From: a virus
Lineage: Duplodnaviria; Heunggongvirae; Uroviricota; Caudoviricetes
Direction: 5' to 3' (one strand)
DNA length: 64,000 nt
Virus record (IMG/VR): IMGVR_UViG_3300021255_000031
Shown here one piece after another: positions 33,115-46,000 of this stretch. How positions within the stretch are numbered: position 1 is the first letter of the stretch; each line of letters starts with the position of its first letter. The notes under the pieces were generated by a model. That model was not told the origin of the DNA, did not search any database, and was given only the letters and a program-made list of their open reading frames with translations. The translations under genes and the position numbers were made by a program.

Positions 33115-33981
33115 ATGAGAGACGAGTATTTTGGAGTAAAAGAATTATATGAAGTAGCATTAAGGGCTAAGGTTCCTATGAAATTCGGCTCTCGTTATAT
33201 AGAAGAACAGGAACCGGTTTTGTATTTTGAAAATGTTAGTATTTCTATGCTAACAGAACGTAATTCTCCACTTATGGCGCGAGGAGGCTGGGCTAACTTG
33301 CCTAGAGTAATTTGGGAAGACCGTTCAGAAGTGCAATTTACTTTTTCTGAAGGTATTATGTCCTCTATAAGTATGGGAATATTGTTAAGCGCAAACGTAG
33401 GAGAAAATAAAAAAGAAGCACCATTATTGGCGCCAAAAAGAGAAGGGCCATTTGAATTAAATAGTGATAATCAATTATTTTTGGAACACTGGCCCGTTGA
33501 TATTGATAAAAAGAAAACTTTTATTTTTGAGTATGACCGTAATGTAGCTCAAAAAAAAGTTTATGGAAAAAGAATACATGGGAAGATAGACCCATTTGAT
33601 ACTACGCAAGAAAGACCTTGTATAGAATTATATGAAGATAAGGATTTAACTGTTTTAGCAGATGCAACGAAGGAGTATATTGTAGATTACTATTATGAGT
33701 ATGATAATGAAGCTTTAATCTACACTATTCAAAAGGAGAGATTCAATGGATTATTTACTCTTGAGGGTAAATTTTATTCCAAGGACGAAAATGAGGGCAT
33801 AAATTATACAAATTTAATTTATATGCCTAAAGTAAGAGTTGTAAGCGATATAAGCTTACGCTTGGGAGAAAGGGCTGACCCAACTGTATCTGTATTTAAT
33901 ATTATTGGTTTGCCAGAATCTACCAATAATAATAAAAATTTAATTTTGGAAATTACGCGTTTGGGCGAAGATATAGAATAG
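33115..33981 (+). CDS. tail assembly chaperone candidate
   Basis: Immediately upstream of tape measure gene; intrinsic terminator 33981-34017 follows. Confidence 0.35.
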   Translation: MRDEYFGVKELYEVALRAKVPMKFGSRYIEEQEPVLYFENVSISMLTERNSPLMARGGWANLPRVIWEDRSEVQFTFSEGIMSSISMGILLSANVGENKKEAPLLAPKREGPFELNSDNQLFLEHWPVDIDKKKTFIFEYDRNVAQKKVYGKRIHGKIDPFDTTQERPCIELYEDKDLTVLADATKEYIVDYYYEYDNEALIYTIQKERFNGLFTLEGKFYSKDENEGINYTNLIYMPKVRVVSDISLRLGERADPTVSVFNIIGLPESTNNNKNLILEITRLGEDIE

Positions 33982-34017
33982 CCGCTGCCAAGTTTTTGGT
34001 GGCGGCTCTTTTTTTTA
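33981..34017 (+). terminator. intrinsic terminator GCCGCUGCCAA-GUUUU-UGGUGGCGGC + U8 before tape measure gene
   Basis: stem with G-U pairs then UCUUUUUUUU. Confidence 0.6.
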
Positions 34018-34047
34018 TGTGTGAAAAAAAGGAGATGAATATATGCT

Positions 34048-37000
34048 ATGGCTGAGGGTATAGTAATAGATGTTAGCGCGCGAGTTACTGGGTATGAGCA
34101 ATCATTGGCTCAATTAAAAGCAAGTTTTGACCATTTGAATCCAGGAGCAAGCATTTCAAAAAGTATCACTCGTGCATTGCAAATTGCAGAGAGCAAGGTA
34201 AAATCTTTAGGAAATAATTTAACTCCTAAGATTACAAGTAATTCACAATTAGATAGATTTACAGAAAAAATAAATAGCACAAGCGATGCAATTCAACACG
34301 TTGCCAGCTTGCTTGGACAAATTAGTTCTGATGATTTGGATTTGTCTTCTTTTTCTGGTGAATTCGATGAATTAACTCAAAAAATACGTGAATTAGAAGC
34401 GTTATTAAATAAAAATATTACAGAACAATTTAGAGAGAAAATTACGGCTGCAATAAGTGGAATTAAAATTGATGATAATGCCACACCTGCGGCTATCTTT
34501 CAACAATTAGAGGAAGCGTCTAAAAAGGCTGCAAAAGCAGTTGTTGCCGCTGAGCGTGAAATGGCTGAAGCAGAGAAACAATTAGCTACGCGGCAACGAA
34601 GACTTACAGAGCTTCAAAGTAATGCGGCAAATAATCCAACGGCATTAAATAATCAGGTGCATAAGATTGCCGATGATTATGTAGAAGCTATGAGTTCTTT
34701 GCGTGAGCAAATGACAAATGGATTAAATACATTATTAGGGCCGGATAGTGCGGACGCTTCAAAATTATTGGAGTCATTTTTTGGTGGTTTGAATCCAGAG
34801 GATGGCGCGGATGTAGCTAATCGTATTTATCAATTACGACAGTCTATTACTACCGCAATGGGTAAATCTGCGGTTAAACCAACTGAAATATATCAAGCAT
34901 TATTTGGTAAGAATTTAAGCCCACAGGCAATGAGTGAATATTTACGAGCTCACATATTGCCAAAGAATTTAGACGATGTAAAAGCTCAATTGATGGCAAC
35001 TTTGCAATCAATATCTACACATCTTACCTCTACTCAAATTGGGCAAGTTTCTGGGTTGATTTCTAGTAATGATATTGATGGTGCGCTGCAAACAACGTTA
35101 GACCTTATTACTAAAGCTTATGAAACAATACAGGCTAAAATACTAAAAAAGCGCCAAGAAGTTGCGGAAGCTTTAAATAAAAGAGACAACGCTCAGCAAG
35201 AAGTAAATAATGCTACCGCTCAATCACAACAAAGTGTTGATAATGAGCAAATAGCACGCGAACAATTAGCACAAGTAATGCAGCAGAATCAAGCATTACA
35301 AGAGCAGAATGATTTATTAAAGCAGGAATTAGCTAGACAAGTAGAAGATAAGACTGTAAATATAAAAAATAGAGCAGCAGATACAAAAGAAGAAGCCGAG
35401 AATCTTAAACTTGCAAGTGAGGAAGCGGGACAATATAATCAACAATTAGATAAAATAGATAATAGAAGGCAACTAGTTAATCATATTGAGGGCATCGCGC
35501 AGCGTTGGTTTTCTATTTATGCAGCGGTGCGAATGACAGGAAACGCGATTCGTTCAGTCGTTTCTACATTGGAAGAGCTGGATAAAACAATTACCAACAT
35601 CGCCATTGTTACTGATATGACACAAGATGATTTGTGGAGCCAGATGAGCACCTATACCGCGATGGCAAAGGAATATGCCGTTTCGATTTCTGGTGTATAT
35701 GAAGTTTCACAACTTTTCTATCAACAGGGCTTACAAACTCGTGATGTTATGACCTTAACTGGCGAGACATTAAAAATGGCTCGTATTGCAGGGTTGGATT
35801 ATGCAAAAGCTACCGACTTTATGACTAACGCTCTTCGTTCATTTAAAATGGAGAACGAGGAAGCTGGCCGAGTTACAGATGTTTATTCTTCTTTGGCAGC
35901 CAGCGCAGCAATTAGCGTTTCTGAGTTAGCAAATGCTATGAGTAAAACGGCTTCTTCTGCATACGCGGTAGGTTCTAGTATTGAAGCTACTTCTGCTATG
36001 ATTACAGTTATGGTAGAAGCTACACGTGAATCCGCTGAAAACATCGGTTCAGCTATGAAGTCTATCATTTCTCGTTACGGTGAAATGACTAGTGATCCAT
36101 TAAAGGTTGTTGATAGCGAAGGCGAAGAAATGAGCCTGAACCGTGTTGATAAAGCCTTGCAGACCGTTGGAATTACATTACAAGATGCTAATGGACAGTT
36201 CCGTAACTTCGATGAAGTAATTATGGAATTGGCTGAAAAATGGAATACTATTGATAAAAATACTCAGCGCTATATTGCCACCATCATGGCTGGTAACAGA
36301 CAACAGTCTCGTTTCTTAGCCCTAGTATCTTCTTATGACCGCTTAAGAGAATTAACAGCCACCGCAATGGAAAGTGAGGGTGCGGCTACTTCTCAGTTTG
36401 AAAAATCATTAGATGGTATTGAAGCTAAAACGCAACAGCTACAAACTAGTTTGCAAAATTTATATACTAGTGCTGGACTGCAAGACCTTTATAGCTTTAT
36501 TTTAACTATTGGCAGCAATGTATTAGATTTTTATAATGATATTGCGGCTGCTTTTGGAAGTGGATTTAAAGGGCTACTTGCTGCTCTGGTTACTTTTAGC
36601 GCACAATTTTATAATGCAGCTAGAATTGTAATGCGTGTAGTAGATTTAGTTAAGACCCACTTTATTGGTGCTAATAAACAAGCTACAGCTAGTTCTGCAG
36701 TGGAAAGTAAAAATCGTGCAAATACGGAGTTATATACTGCTGAAGAATTGAATGCAAAAATAATTGAAGTATGGCGTAAGGCGGAAGAAGAGAAAACAAA
36801 AATTACAACTGAAGAAGCTGAGCGCCGTGCGAAAATTTTATTGAATGCAGAGAAAAACAATTCGCAACAAAAAGGCAGTGGGTTGAAAAACTGGTTGAAA
36901 AAGAACGGAAGTATGATTGGTTCTACCATTGCCGCAGGCTCTAGCATCGTCGGGGGAATGCTAACCGACTCAAAATGGAGTGCTGGTGTGAGTGGAGCAG

Positions 37001-40000
37001 GAGGTCTAATTGGTGCAGTAATCCAAGGTGCATCTGGAGACATTGCAGGGGCCATAATGACTGCTATCAGTAGTATTGGGCCATTAGTAAGCTTAATAAC
37101 CCAATGGGCTACTATAACCGATGAATTAGCGGAAGCTCAAGAAAAATATAACAAATCATTAGAGGAAGCAGCTAAAAAACGGACAGAAGCAACAAAAATT
37201 AATAATGAAGCAGAAGCTTTAAAGAAATTAAGTGAAAGACTCGAAGAAGCTAAAGAAAGACAATATGATAGCGCTGAAGCAAAACAAGAATATTTGTCAG
37301 TAATGAAAGAAATAGCAGAGCAATATCCGTCTTTAGTAGCTTATTATGATAGTGAAAACAATGCAATTGTAGAAAATACGAAAGCATTAGATACTTATAT
37401 CAAAAAACGCAAGCAAGAAGCAGCGATAGCAGAAAGAGAAGCTATTATTGCTGAGGCCGGTGCAGATAGTAGATATGGTGTAACTATTACACCAGCGAAA
37501 CAGGTATACGAAGGAAAGACCAGCGGTCGTGATGTTAGCAGACTTCATAATCAAGAGAATGATATAATCCAGGGGAAATTTTCTACCGTTGGCGCTGCAA
37601 TGAATGCTGCTATTTCAGAATATTTGTATTATAATACAGGTTTTCTTGCTGATGTTGAAACATCTAATCTTTTAGGATTTGATTATAATAATGATACAAA
37701 TAAAACGCTGTTTAAAGAAAAAGCAAAAAATGCTACAAAGGAAAAAACTGACCTTAATATCAATAAAGCAGTTCAAGTTGCATTAGATGTTTTAGTAAGT
37801 AGATTAGAAGCTGCTCAGAAAGCAGGAACCTCTTTAGAGGAAGTCTATACCAAATGGGAAAAAGAGTGGTTAGCAACGATAGATGGGTATAATAGAGAAA
37901 ACAGTTTATTCTATGAGATTTTTCAATATGCCCAGCAATATATTACTCATGCAGATACTTTTAAAGCCTCTCGTGAAGATTTAGTTCATCGAGCCGCCGT
38001 TTCTTTTGTAAAATCATTAGACTTAGAAGGCTATACTGATTTACAAATACAGCATTTAGTAGGACAATTTGAAAGTAGTTTTAAAGAAACTAATCCAGAT
38101 GTGCTAAATATTTCAACTTCTCAAGAAGATTTTCAAAAACGGTTAAATACTTTTTGGGGACAACAAATTGAGTCTAGTGGAAATTACACTCTCAATGCCC
38201 TTGAATATTATGGGACAATTGATAAAAAGACAATCGCACAAATAGACAAAGTATTTAACAATCTTGCAAAATATAGTAGAAATAGTCTTGAAGCTTTGAT
38301 AGATTCTATTGGAATTACAGGGCCGGCTGCCAAAGATTTATTAAAAGAATGGGATACAGAAAATGGTCTTGCTGTAGAGAATGCTAAAAAGGCTTATAGT
38401 AATCTTCTTGGAAGTAATCAAGAATTGAGTCAAGAGCAAGCAGATTTTATAGACTCATTGGCACCTACCTATTTATCAACCTATATAGAACAATTGCGAG
38501 CCTTTTCAAGTAATGGTAGTGGTGGAACTCCTACCTCTCTTAACATATCACCTATTCAAAAGATATGGGAAAAAGCTCAAGGGAATGATGAAGCACTTCA
38601 AGTCTTACAAAAAAGCGATTTAACTACTATTACTGGTATTTATGATGCGGCGAAGGAAATGGAAAAGTTAGGCAATTCTGACTTAGCCACATCTATAACG
38701 AAACTTTCAGAATATATACAAATAAATCTTAATACAGAACTTCAAACATATGTTGATACATTACAGGGGAGTTTCTCTGATTTAGAAGCAGCATTAAAGA
38801 ATGCTTCTTCTGGTATGGATGTTGATACTATGCTTGCTATGGCGGATAGGCTTGGAAAGAGTATTAGCGATTTTTCATTTAAAGACGGAAAATATTATTT
38901 TAATGATATTAATGCTATTTATGATTCATACTCTAAAGCTTCAGACGCTCTAGAAAAACAATTAAGTGAAATACAGTTGGTTGAAGATACTGATAACTAT
39001 GAAGAATTATCAGCAGAAGCCAATGAATTAAAAAATAGAATAAAAGAATTAAGAACCTATACAGATGATTATCTTAAAAAAACCTTCTTGCTTCAAACAG
39101 GACAAATAGATAAATTTTTAGAAGAGCTCAATGTTGGAGCAGAGGTTAAGCAAGAAATAGCTCATGGCGATTATACTCATATTCCTCCTGAGTATATTTC
39201 TGCTGTGACATCCGCCGCTGGAAAAACATATAATGAAATTTATGATATTTTAATTGGTCAAATTAATGGCTCTTCTAAACAAACTACAATAAAAGCAACA
39301 GAAGTAAATTTAGATTTATTAAAGAGTTTAGGTCTAGCTGGTAATGGAGTAGTCGCAGGAGACGAACTACTTATTAATTGGGCTAATGCTACAGCAGACC
39401 AAATTAATTCTTTACGCCAAATCATTTTAGAAGATGGTGATATAGGAGACGATGAACGCAATAACTTATTGCGTTCAATTTATGACAGTAAATTTAAAAA
39501 TAATCGTACAGAAGCTTTATTGCAAGTTATTAATTCTTATACTAACTTTGACCGAAGCGTTGCGGAAGCTTTTGCACTTTCTATCGGTGAGACAGTTGAG
39601 GGGCTTGAAAAGAAAGGTATTATAGCTCTTAACCAAATTACTGGTGCCTATTCTATGACATTCGATGTCTTACAACAACAAATTGAAGAGGCTAAGGCCA
39701 ATGGAGCAAGTGATACAGAATTAGCTAAATTAAAAGATGCTATTTCTACTTTATATAGCGGCATAGCTAATAATATTGTAAAAGCACTAGAGGGCTCCTT
39801 AAGTTCTACAGACGCTCAAGAGTTATCTAAATCAATCGAAGATATTTTTGGTCTAAAACTTGATTTTTCTAGCACAGCTAAAGGTCTTGGTCTTTCTAAT
39901 GAAATTGCTGCAATATTGTATCAACGCTTAATGGCAATTGATGGGATTGCCGCACGCCTAGTTTTTGATGCTTTATACGATTCTTTGACGAAATCAGAAG

Positions 40001-43000
40001 CCACTTGTCAAAATATTTCTACTACTATGCGGCATTTGGCGGAAGTTCAAAAAGAAATTAACAACCTACAAAAACAAAATAATGATGCTGATAAAAAACG
40101 CGTACAATCTCTAAAAGACCAGTATAAGCTTTTATCTCAGATTGCTTATAAGCAATCTATGGATTCTAATTCATTTAAATTTTTAGATAGGTCATTACCA
40201 ACTGGTTATGAGAGCCCTATCAATTATTTACAATCTGCTGTTAAATCATTTGATATTATTAATCAAGCTAGTGAAGATGGCCACATTGCATTAACAGATT
40301 TCTATAACATTGTTATGGAAATGAGTAATGTTGCCGCGATTACGGGTCAGACTATTACTGTATTCGGGCAAACTATTACAGGCGATTTAGTACAAACTTC
40401 TGAACTCATTCAAAAAGGTTTTAAAGTATGGTCTGATATTGATGGCACAGCTTCTATTGGAGCAGAGGCAGCCGCGAGTATCGGATTAAACTTTGAAGCT
40501 GGTGTTGAAGAAGGACAGGGTAGTATTGAATCTGGTATTAAGGCATTTGCAAAACAGCAAATTGAAATGCTTGATGCAATGATTAATGCTTTGGAAGGAG
40601 TCGCGGCTTTAGAAGCGCTAGAGACTGGAACTGGAGATAAGAGTTTAGGCTTAGGAGAGGTTCTTGGTAATTTTTATGAGACTGATGAAAAAGGAAATTC
40701 TACAGGTAACATATCCCAGAAGGCTCAAGACTGGATAAATTCTTTTAAAACAGTTATTGATGGTAATGAAAAGTTAAAGGCATTCGTAGATAAAATTAAA
40801 GTTAGTGATGAAGATCTTATTACATATTTGCAGGATGAAAAAGTTACTGCCGAGCAAAAGAAAAATGTCCTTTCACGCTTATATGAACTAATGAAGAGCA
40901 ACGACTGGGGTGACGACCTTTCACAAGTTGCAGATAAGTGGGCAGAACAAGGATTTAATTTTGATGCTAAATCTGGATTCTTGAAATTCTCGGAGCCAAT
41001 AGAAACGGATGTTCCTCTTACATTAAAAGTTGTACTTGAGGGTATTGATGCCGAAGGATTGAAAGGTTTTAGTGATTTGTTAAAGAAATTACTACAAGTT
41101 AATCCAAATGGTGATATTGACCTTACTGGTACAATGGGTAAGAATCTTGCTTATACACTAAAACTCGCTCGTACTAAAAATGGAGATAAAGTCACTCTTA
41201 CAATTGATGGTAAGGAGCCATATGAAAGTGCGCTTTTTGATGCAACAAATAGTGGTGCATTAACAGCGCAAGTTACAGATGTTATCAATCGAGCAGCGAA
41301 AGATTTAAAGATTTTTAATATTGCTGATACTAATTTTACAGTTACTGGAGTAGGCACAAATACTTATATAGCAACTGAAGATGGCGATACGCTAGAGTAT
41401 CATAAAACTATCAATGGCAGCAATCCGCCTATTATTACTATTTCTGGCACTTCTATAAAAGGTGGATATATTTCAATTGCGTCTGCAATAGAAACTTATA
41501 AAAAAGAAAAACAAAAACAAGCTGCAATTAATCAAGACACATTAAATACTCAAACTAACGAAACCTTTACTGGCATCGAATCTGGTTCTGGTTTAGGATA
41601 TGAGATTCAATTTAAGGATAACGGCGCCACCGCTGCAATTAAAATTGGCGGTAAAGAGATTGCTACCTGGTCTGATAATGATGGTACTGGCTTAACTTTA
41701 AATAGTGCGATAGAACGTGCATTTGCTTTATATCAACAGCAATATGGCAGTAATTCTGTAGAGATGCCATCTTTACCCTCTGGTAATAAAGAAATTATTC
41801 CAGAAGATAAAGGAATTACGCTTGGATATAAAATTACTCCCAATGAGAATGGCGGCTATAGCGTAACTTTTGGCGAGGGTAGCAAGTGGGGAACCCCTGC
41901 CGCATGGAATGGCACAAAAGAAGGATTACAAAGTGTTCTGACGCAAGCGGCTATGCATTATTATACAGAGCACGGTTCCGGTTCCATTCCTGAAGGATTT
42001 GACCCGTTAGGACAATCTATAAGTGGAACAGTGGTATCTGCGGAAGATGATGGTAATACTTTACAATATTATTTAAGTTTTGATAAGAGTATTGATAGCG
42101 GACGTATTACTATCGGAAGCGGTTCTACATATGTTTCTATGGGATGGTCTGGAAATCATGCCGAAGGAATACAAACAGCTTTACGTATTTATCATAATAG
42201 AATAGCATCAGCTGCGAAAGAGCCTTCTTTTGATAGTGATAATATTGAAATATATGATAATGATAATGGTATAGTTTATTCTTTCGCGGCTAATGAAAAA
42301 GACGGTCAATTTTATCTGCCGGGTGGAACGGCTCCTGTTAGTCAAGCAGAATTTATAGCTGGAATTCAAACTTGGGTTGCTACAAATCGTGGTACAATAG
42401 TCGAAGAGCTAAAGGATACAGGTTTAACTCAGGTTGAAGTGAGTAGCGGACCAGAAGGAACCAAGGTTAATGCCGTTGGTGACTATTGGGCTGCGGATGG
42501 CACCGGTATAGGATATTATTTAAGTCTTAAGACTAAAGAAAATGGCAATGTTAATGGTTATTCGACCGGGACAATTAAAAATGCAGTTGATGCTACTAAG
42601 AACTGGTTAAAATCTCTTGAAGAAAAGTATGGTAGCGGTGAAGCTATCGCGGACGCACTTGGTGCAGGTAAATTAGTAATTAATCCAGAAACTAATCAAG
42701 TTACTATGGAAGAAATTCCAATAGCCAATGGTTATAAGCTAGATTATAATTTACAGATTACCACCACAGGTGATGCGACAGCAACTCAAGAGGCTTTAGA
42801 AGAAAAAATAGCTACGGTAAAACGATTACAGGCAGCATATAAAGATTTAGAAGCTTTAAAAGTTGAACAAAATGCTACTGGAATAGAGGGCAGTGCCATT
42901 TTTCCTTCTAAATATTTTTCCTTGGATTTGGGTCTTATCGTTAAAATCACTGATAGTGGAGTTAAGGTAAGCGGTAATGTAAGCGGTTTAGCATCTACTT

Positions 43001-46000
43001 ATGATAGTATCGATGACTTTATGAATGCCCTTATCGATTTTTACGAGCAGAAATTGGGGCAGACGGTCGATATTAATAATACTACTCAAGTTGAGAATGA
43101 TTTATCCACTGGTGGGAATGAAACGACTAATGCAACTCCTTACACGCATGGTGGAACTGCAACTAATGTTGTTTATCCTGATGACCAAAGTGATGCCTTA
43201 TATAATCAATATCCTGATAAAAATGTTGAATCTGAGTTTGAGGAAGAAATTTTAGATGAAGTAACTCAAATTGCTGAAGAAAAAACTAATCCGACTACCG
43301 AAGGCACACAAGCACCTGATACTGAAAATGCTCTTACCGATGAAGAGATTATAGCGGATTTAAATACTAAAGTGGGTGATGCTTTAAAACTTTGGGCAGA
43401 CAAGAGCGAAGAAGCTGATTTAGCTAAATCAGAGGGAAGCGATGATGCTGACCATCTTGAAGAAGAAGCACAGGCATTACACCAATTAGTATTAACTCTT
43501 ATGGATTCTCAAGACATTTTAAATGCCGGACAGTCACAAGAGCAGCAACAAACGCAAGATTTATCTCAAGACCAAATAAAATATTTATATGATAATCAAG
43601 TTTCTAACGATAGTATAGATACAATTATTGGACAATTGGAAGCTAGCAAAAGTGATGATGAAACAACAAATGCTCAAATACAACAAACTATAGACTGGTT
43701 GAGTGCGTTAAAAGAAGGCAATTCTAATCAGCTAGAAAAAATGAATCAAATCGCTGCGAAGACACGCTTGCCATATACCCCGACTGAATTAAAAGCAGGC
43801 TTAGACGGAATTAGTATTCATGGTGATTTGTTTGCAGGCGGCTGGCAGTTAGTTCGCCCTGATGGTGCAGGTGGCTATACACATGAGCCTGGTGAGGGCT
43901 CAGCAAAAGGTAATGCTCAAGCCAAAGGTACTCTCATGGGTGAGCTTGGCCCAGAGCTTTATGTTACTGGCGGGCATTATTATATTGCTGGTCAAAATGG
44001 TGCAGAGTTTGTTGATTTGCCAGATGATGCAATTGTATTCAATCATTTGCAGACTCAACGTCTAATGTCTAATGGCTCTACCGGTCGCGGACGTGCAATA
44101 ACTAGTGAGAAGAAAGCTACATCTTATGCAACCGGTAATGTGGCTATGGCTTCTGCTTCTGAAACCGTTGCTAAATTGCGTGAGCTACGAGCTCTTTGGG
44201 AATCTCTATTAAATCAAGATTTCAAGAGTCTTACTCAAGCCGCGGGTGGTGGCGGTGGCGGCGGTTCTGAAGAAGCTAAAAAGTTTTTGTATGACCTAGA
44301 CCGCTGGTATAATTTACTACGACAGATTGAAAAGGTTGAAGAACAGATTAATTACCAGCAAGCATTACGGCAAAATATGCAATCTGGCTATAAGTATGTG
44401 CGTAGCCTAGAATATGAACTTTCATTATTGGAAAAAGAAGCATCCAATTATGAGATGCTGGCTAAATTGCAAGAAAGTTATTATCAAGCTCGTAAGGCTG
44501 ACCAAGAACGGTCTATTTATAGTTATTTCTTCAATTATGATGATGAAGGCTTGATGCAGTATCGAGACGAAGGCTTCCATCTTGTCGCAGATTTAAATCG
44601 TACTGATGAAACCGGACAGGCTGTTTATACTTCTGAACAACAAATAGCTGCTATTACAAATGCATTAAAGGCTGCTGGCTATGATGCAGATTTAATCTCT
44701 AATACGCTTTACTATGATGAAGCTGGAGAAAAGCTAACAGATTCGGCAGATATAATTCAAAATTTCTATGACAAATTTGATGGCTGGATAGAAGAGATGG
44801 ATGCAGAGTACGATAGCTTTAATGAATATCGTACCAAGACTCAAGAAGCTCTTACAAAACAAAATGAAATTCTTGAAGAATATAGAGAATTGCAAATCGG
44901 TTTAGAGAAACAATTACTTGAAGCCATTGAAAATAGAGAACAAAAAATTATTGATACATTACAAGATGAAATGGATGCATTGAAAGATGCTTCTGACAAG
45001 TATCTTACTGGATTGACGGATGCCTTAAATAAAGAGCAACAAATGTATCAACAAAATGAAAAAGATACTGAGTTATTGCGTTTGCAACGTCAATTGGCTA
45101 TTCTACAAAGGTCTGGCGGTTCTGCTAGTGAAATTAAATCTTTACAAGACCAGATAAATAGTAGGATGCAAGATAGATATTTTGAAGCTCAGCAAACCGA
45201 AATTGATGCAATAAAAGAAGCTTCTGATAAGCAATTAGAAATGATGCAAAATCAAATCGATATACTTACTGAAACTTTAGAGTATCAAAAAGAAAACGGA
45301 TTGCTTTGGGCAGAAGTATCTGAAAAGATGAATACTTGGAAGCCTGAAGAACTTGCTAGTTTTGTGCAAGAAAATAGTCCAGAGTTCGCGGCCGCAAGCC
45401 TAGAAGAACAGACTAAAACAATGCAAGAATCGATTAAAGAGTTTGAAAAATGGTATGAATATATTCACAATTATCGTGCCTTTAATCAATTCTACGATCA
45501 AATTGATACCGACACTTTGAAAAATGAGTATGGTATTAATACTGATGATGAAACTATGCTAAAGCGCGCCCGAGCGACCGCAAAGACCGCATATCAAAAA
45601 GAGTATCAACGGCAAATCGATGAGGAAGGAGCAGATAGCGACACCGCACATAGATTGGCAGAAGAAGCTGCATTAAGGGCGTTAAGAGAAGATTACAGTT
45701 TGCATCCTGCTATGGGGCCCGGACGCGGTGGAATTGATACTAGTGGTGCGATTGGTAGTGGTAGTGGAACTGGTGGATTAAGTACATTTAAAGAAGTCCA
45801 AGCCAAATGGAATGAAACAAAATATAAGTTTAATAACGCAGTAAGTAATTATAGTAAGACGCCATTAGGTTTCCGGAATTGGTATGATGCTAATAATAAA
45901 TGGGGTATTACTTGGGATAATTTGCAAGAAGCGAGACATAAATCAGAGTTTGGCGCGAATGTTTATGCAACAGCATTTGGAGAGTGGCAAGCATATACAA

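Noticed and set aside
35883-44065. Short ORFs on either strand inside the tape measure gene (35883..36068, 36609..37055, 39258..39461, 41151..41357, 43025..43255, 43862..44065)
   Set aside because: They lie entirely within the 12.4-kb TMP ORF, with no signals.
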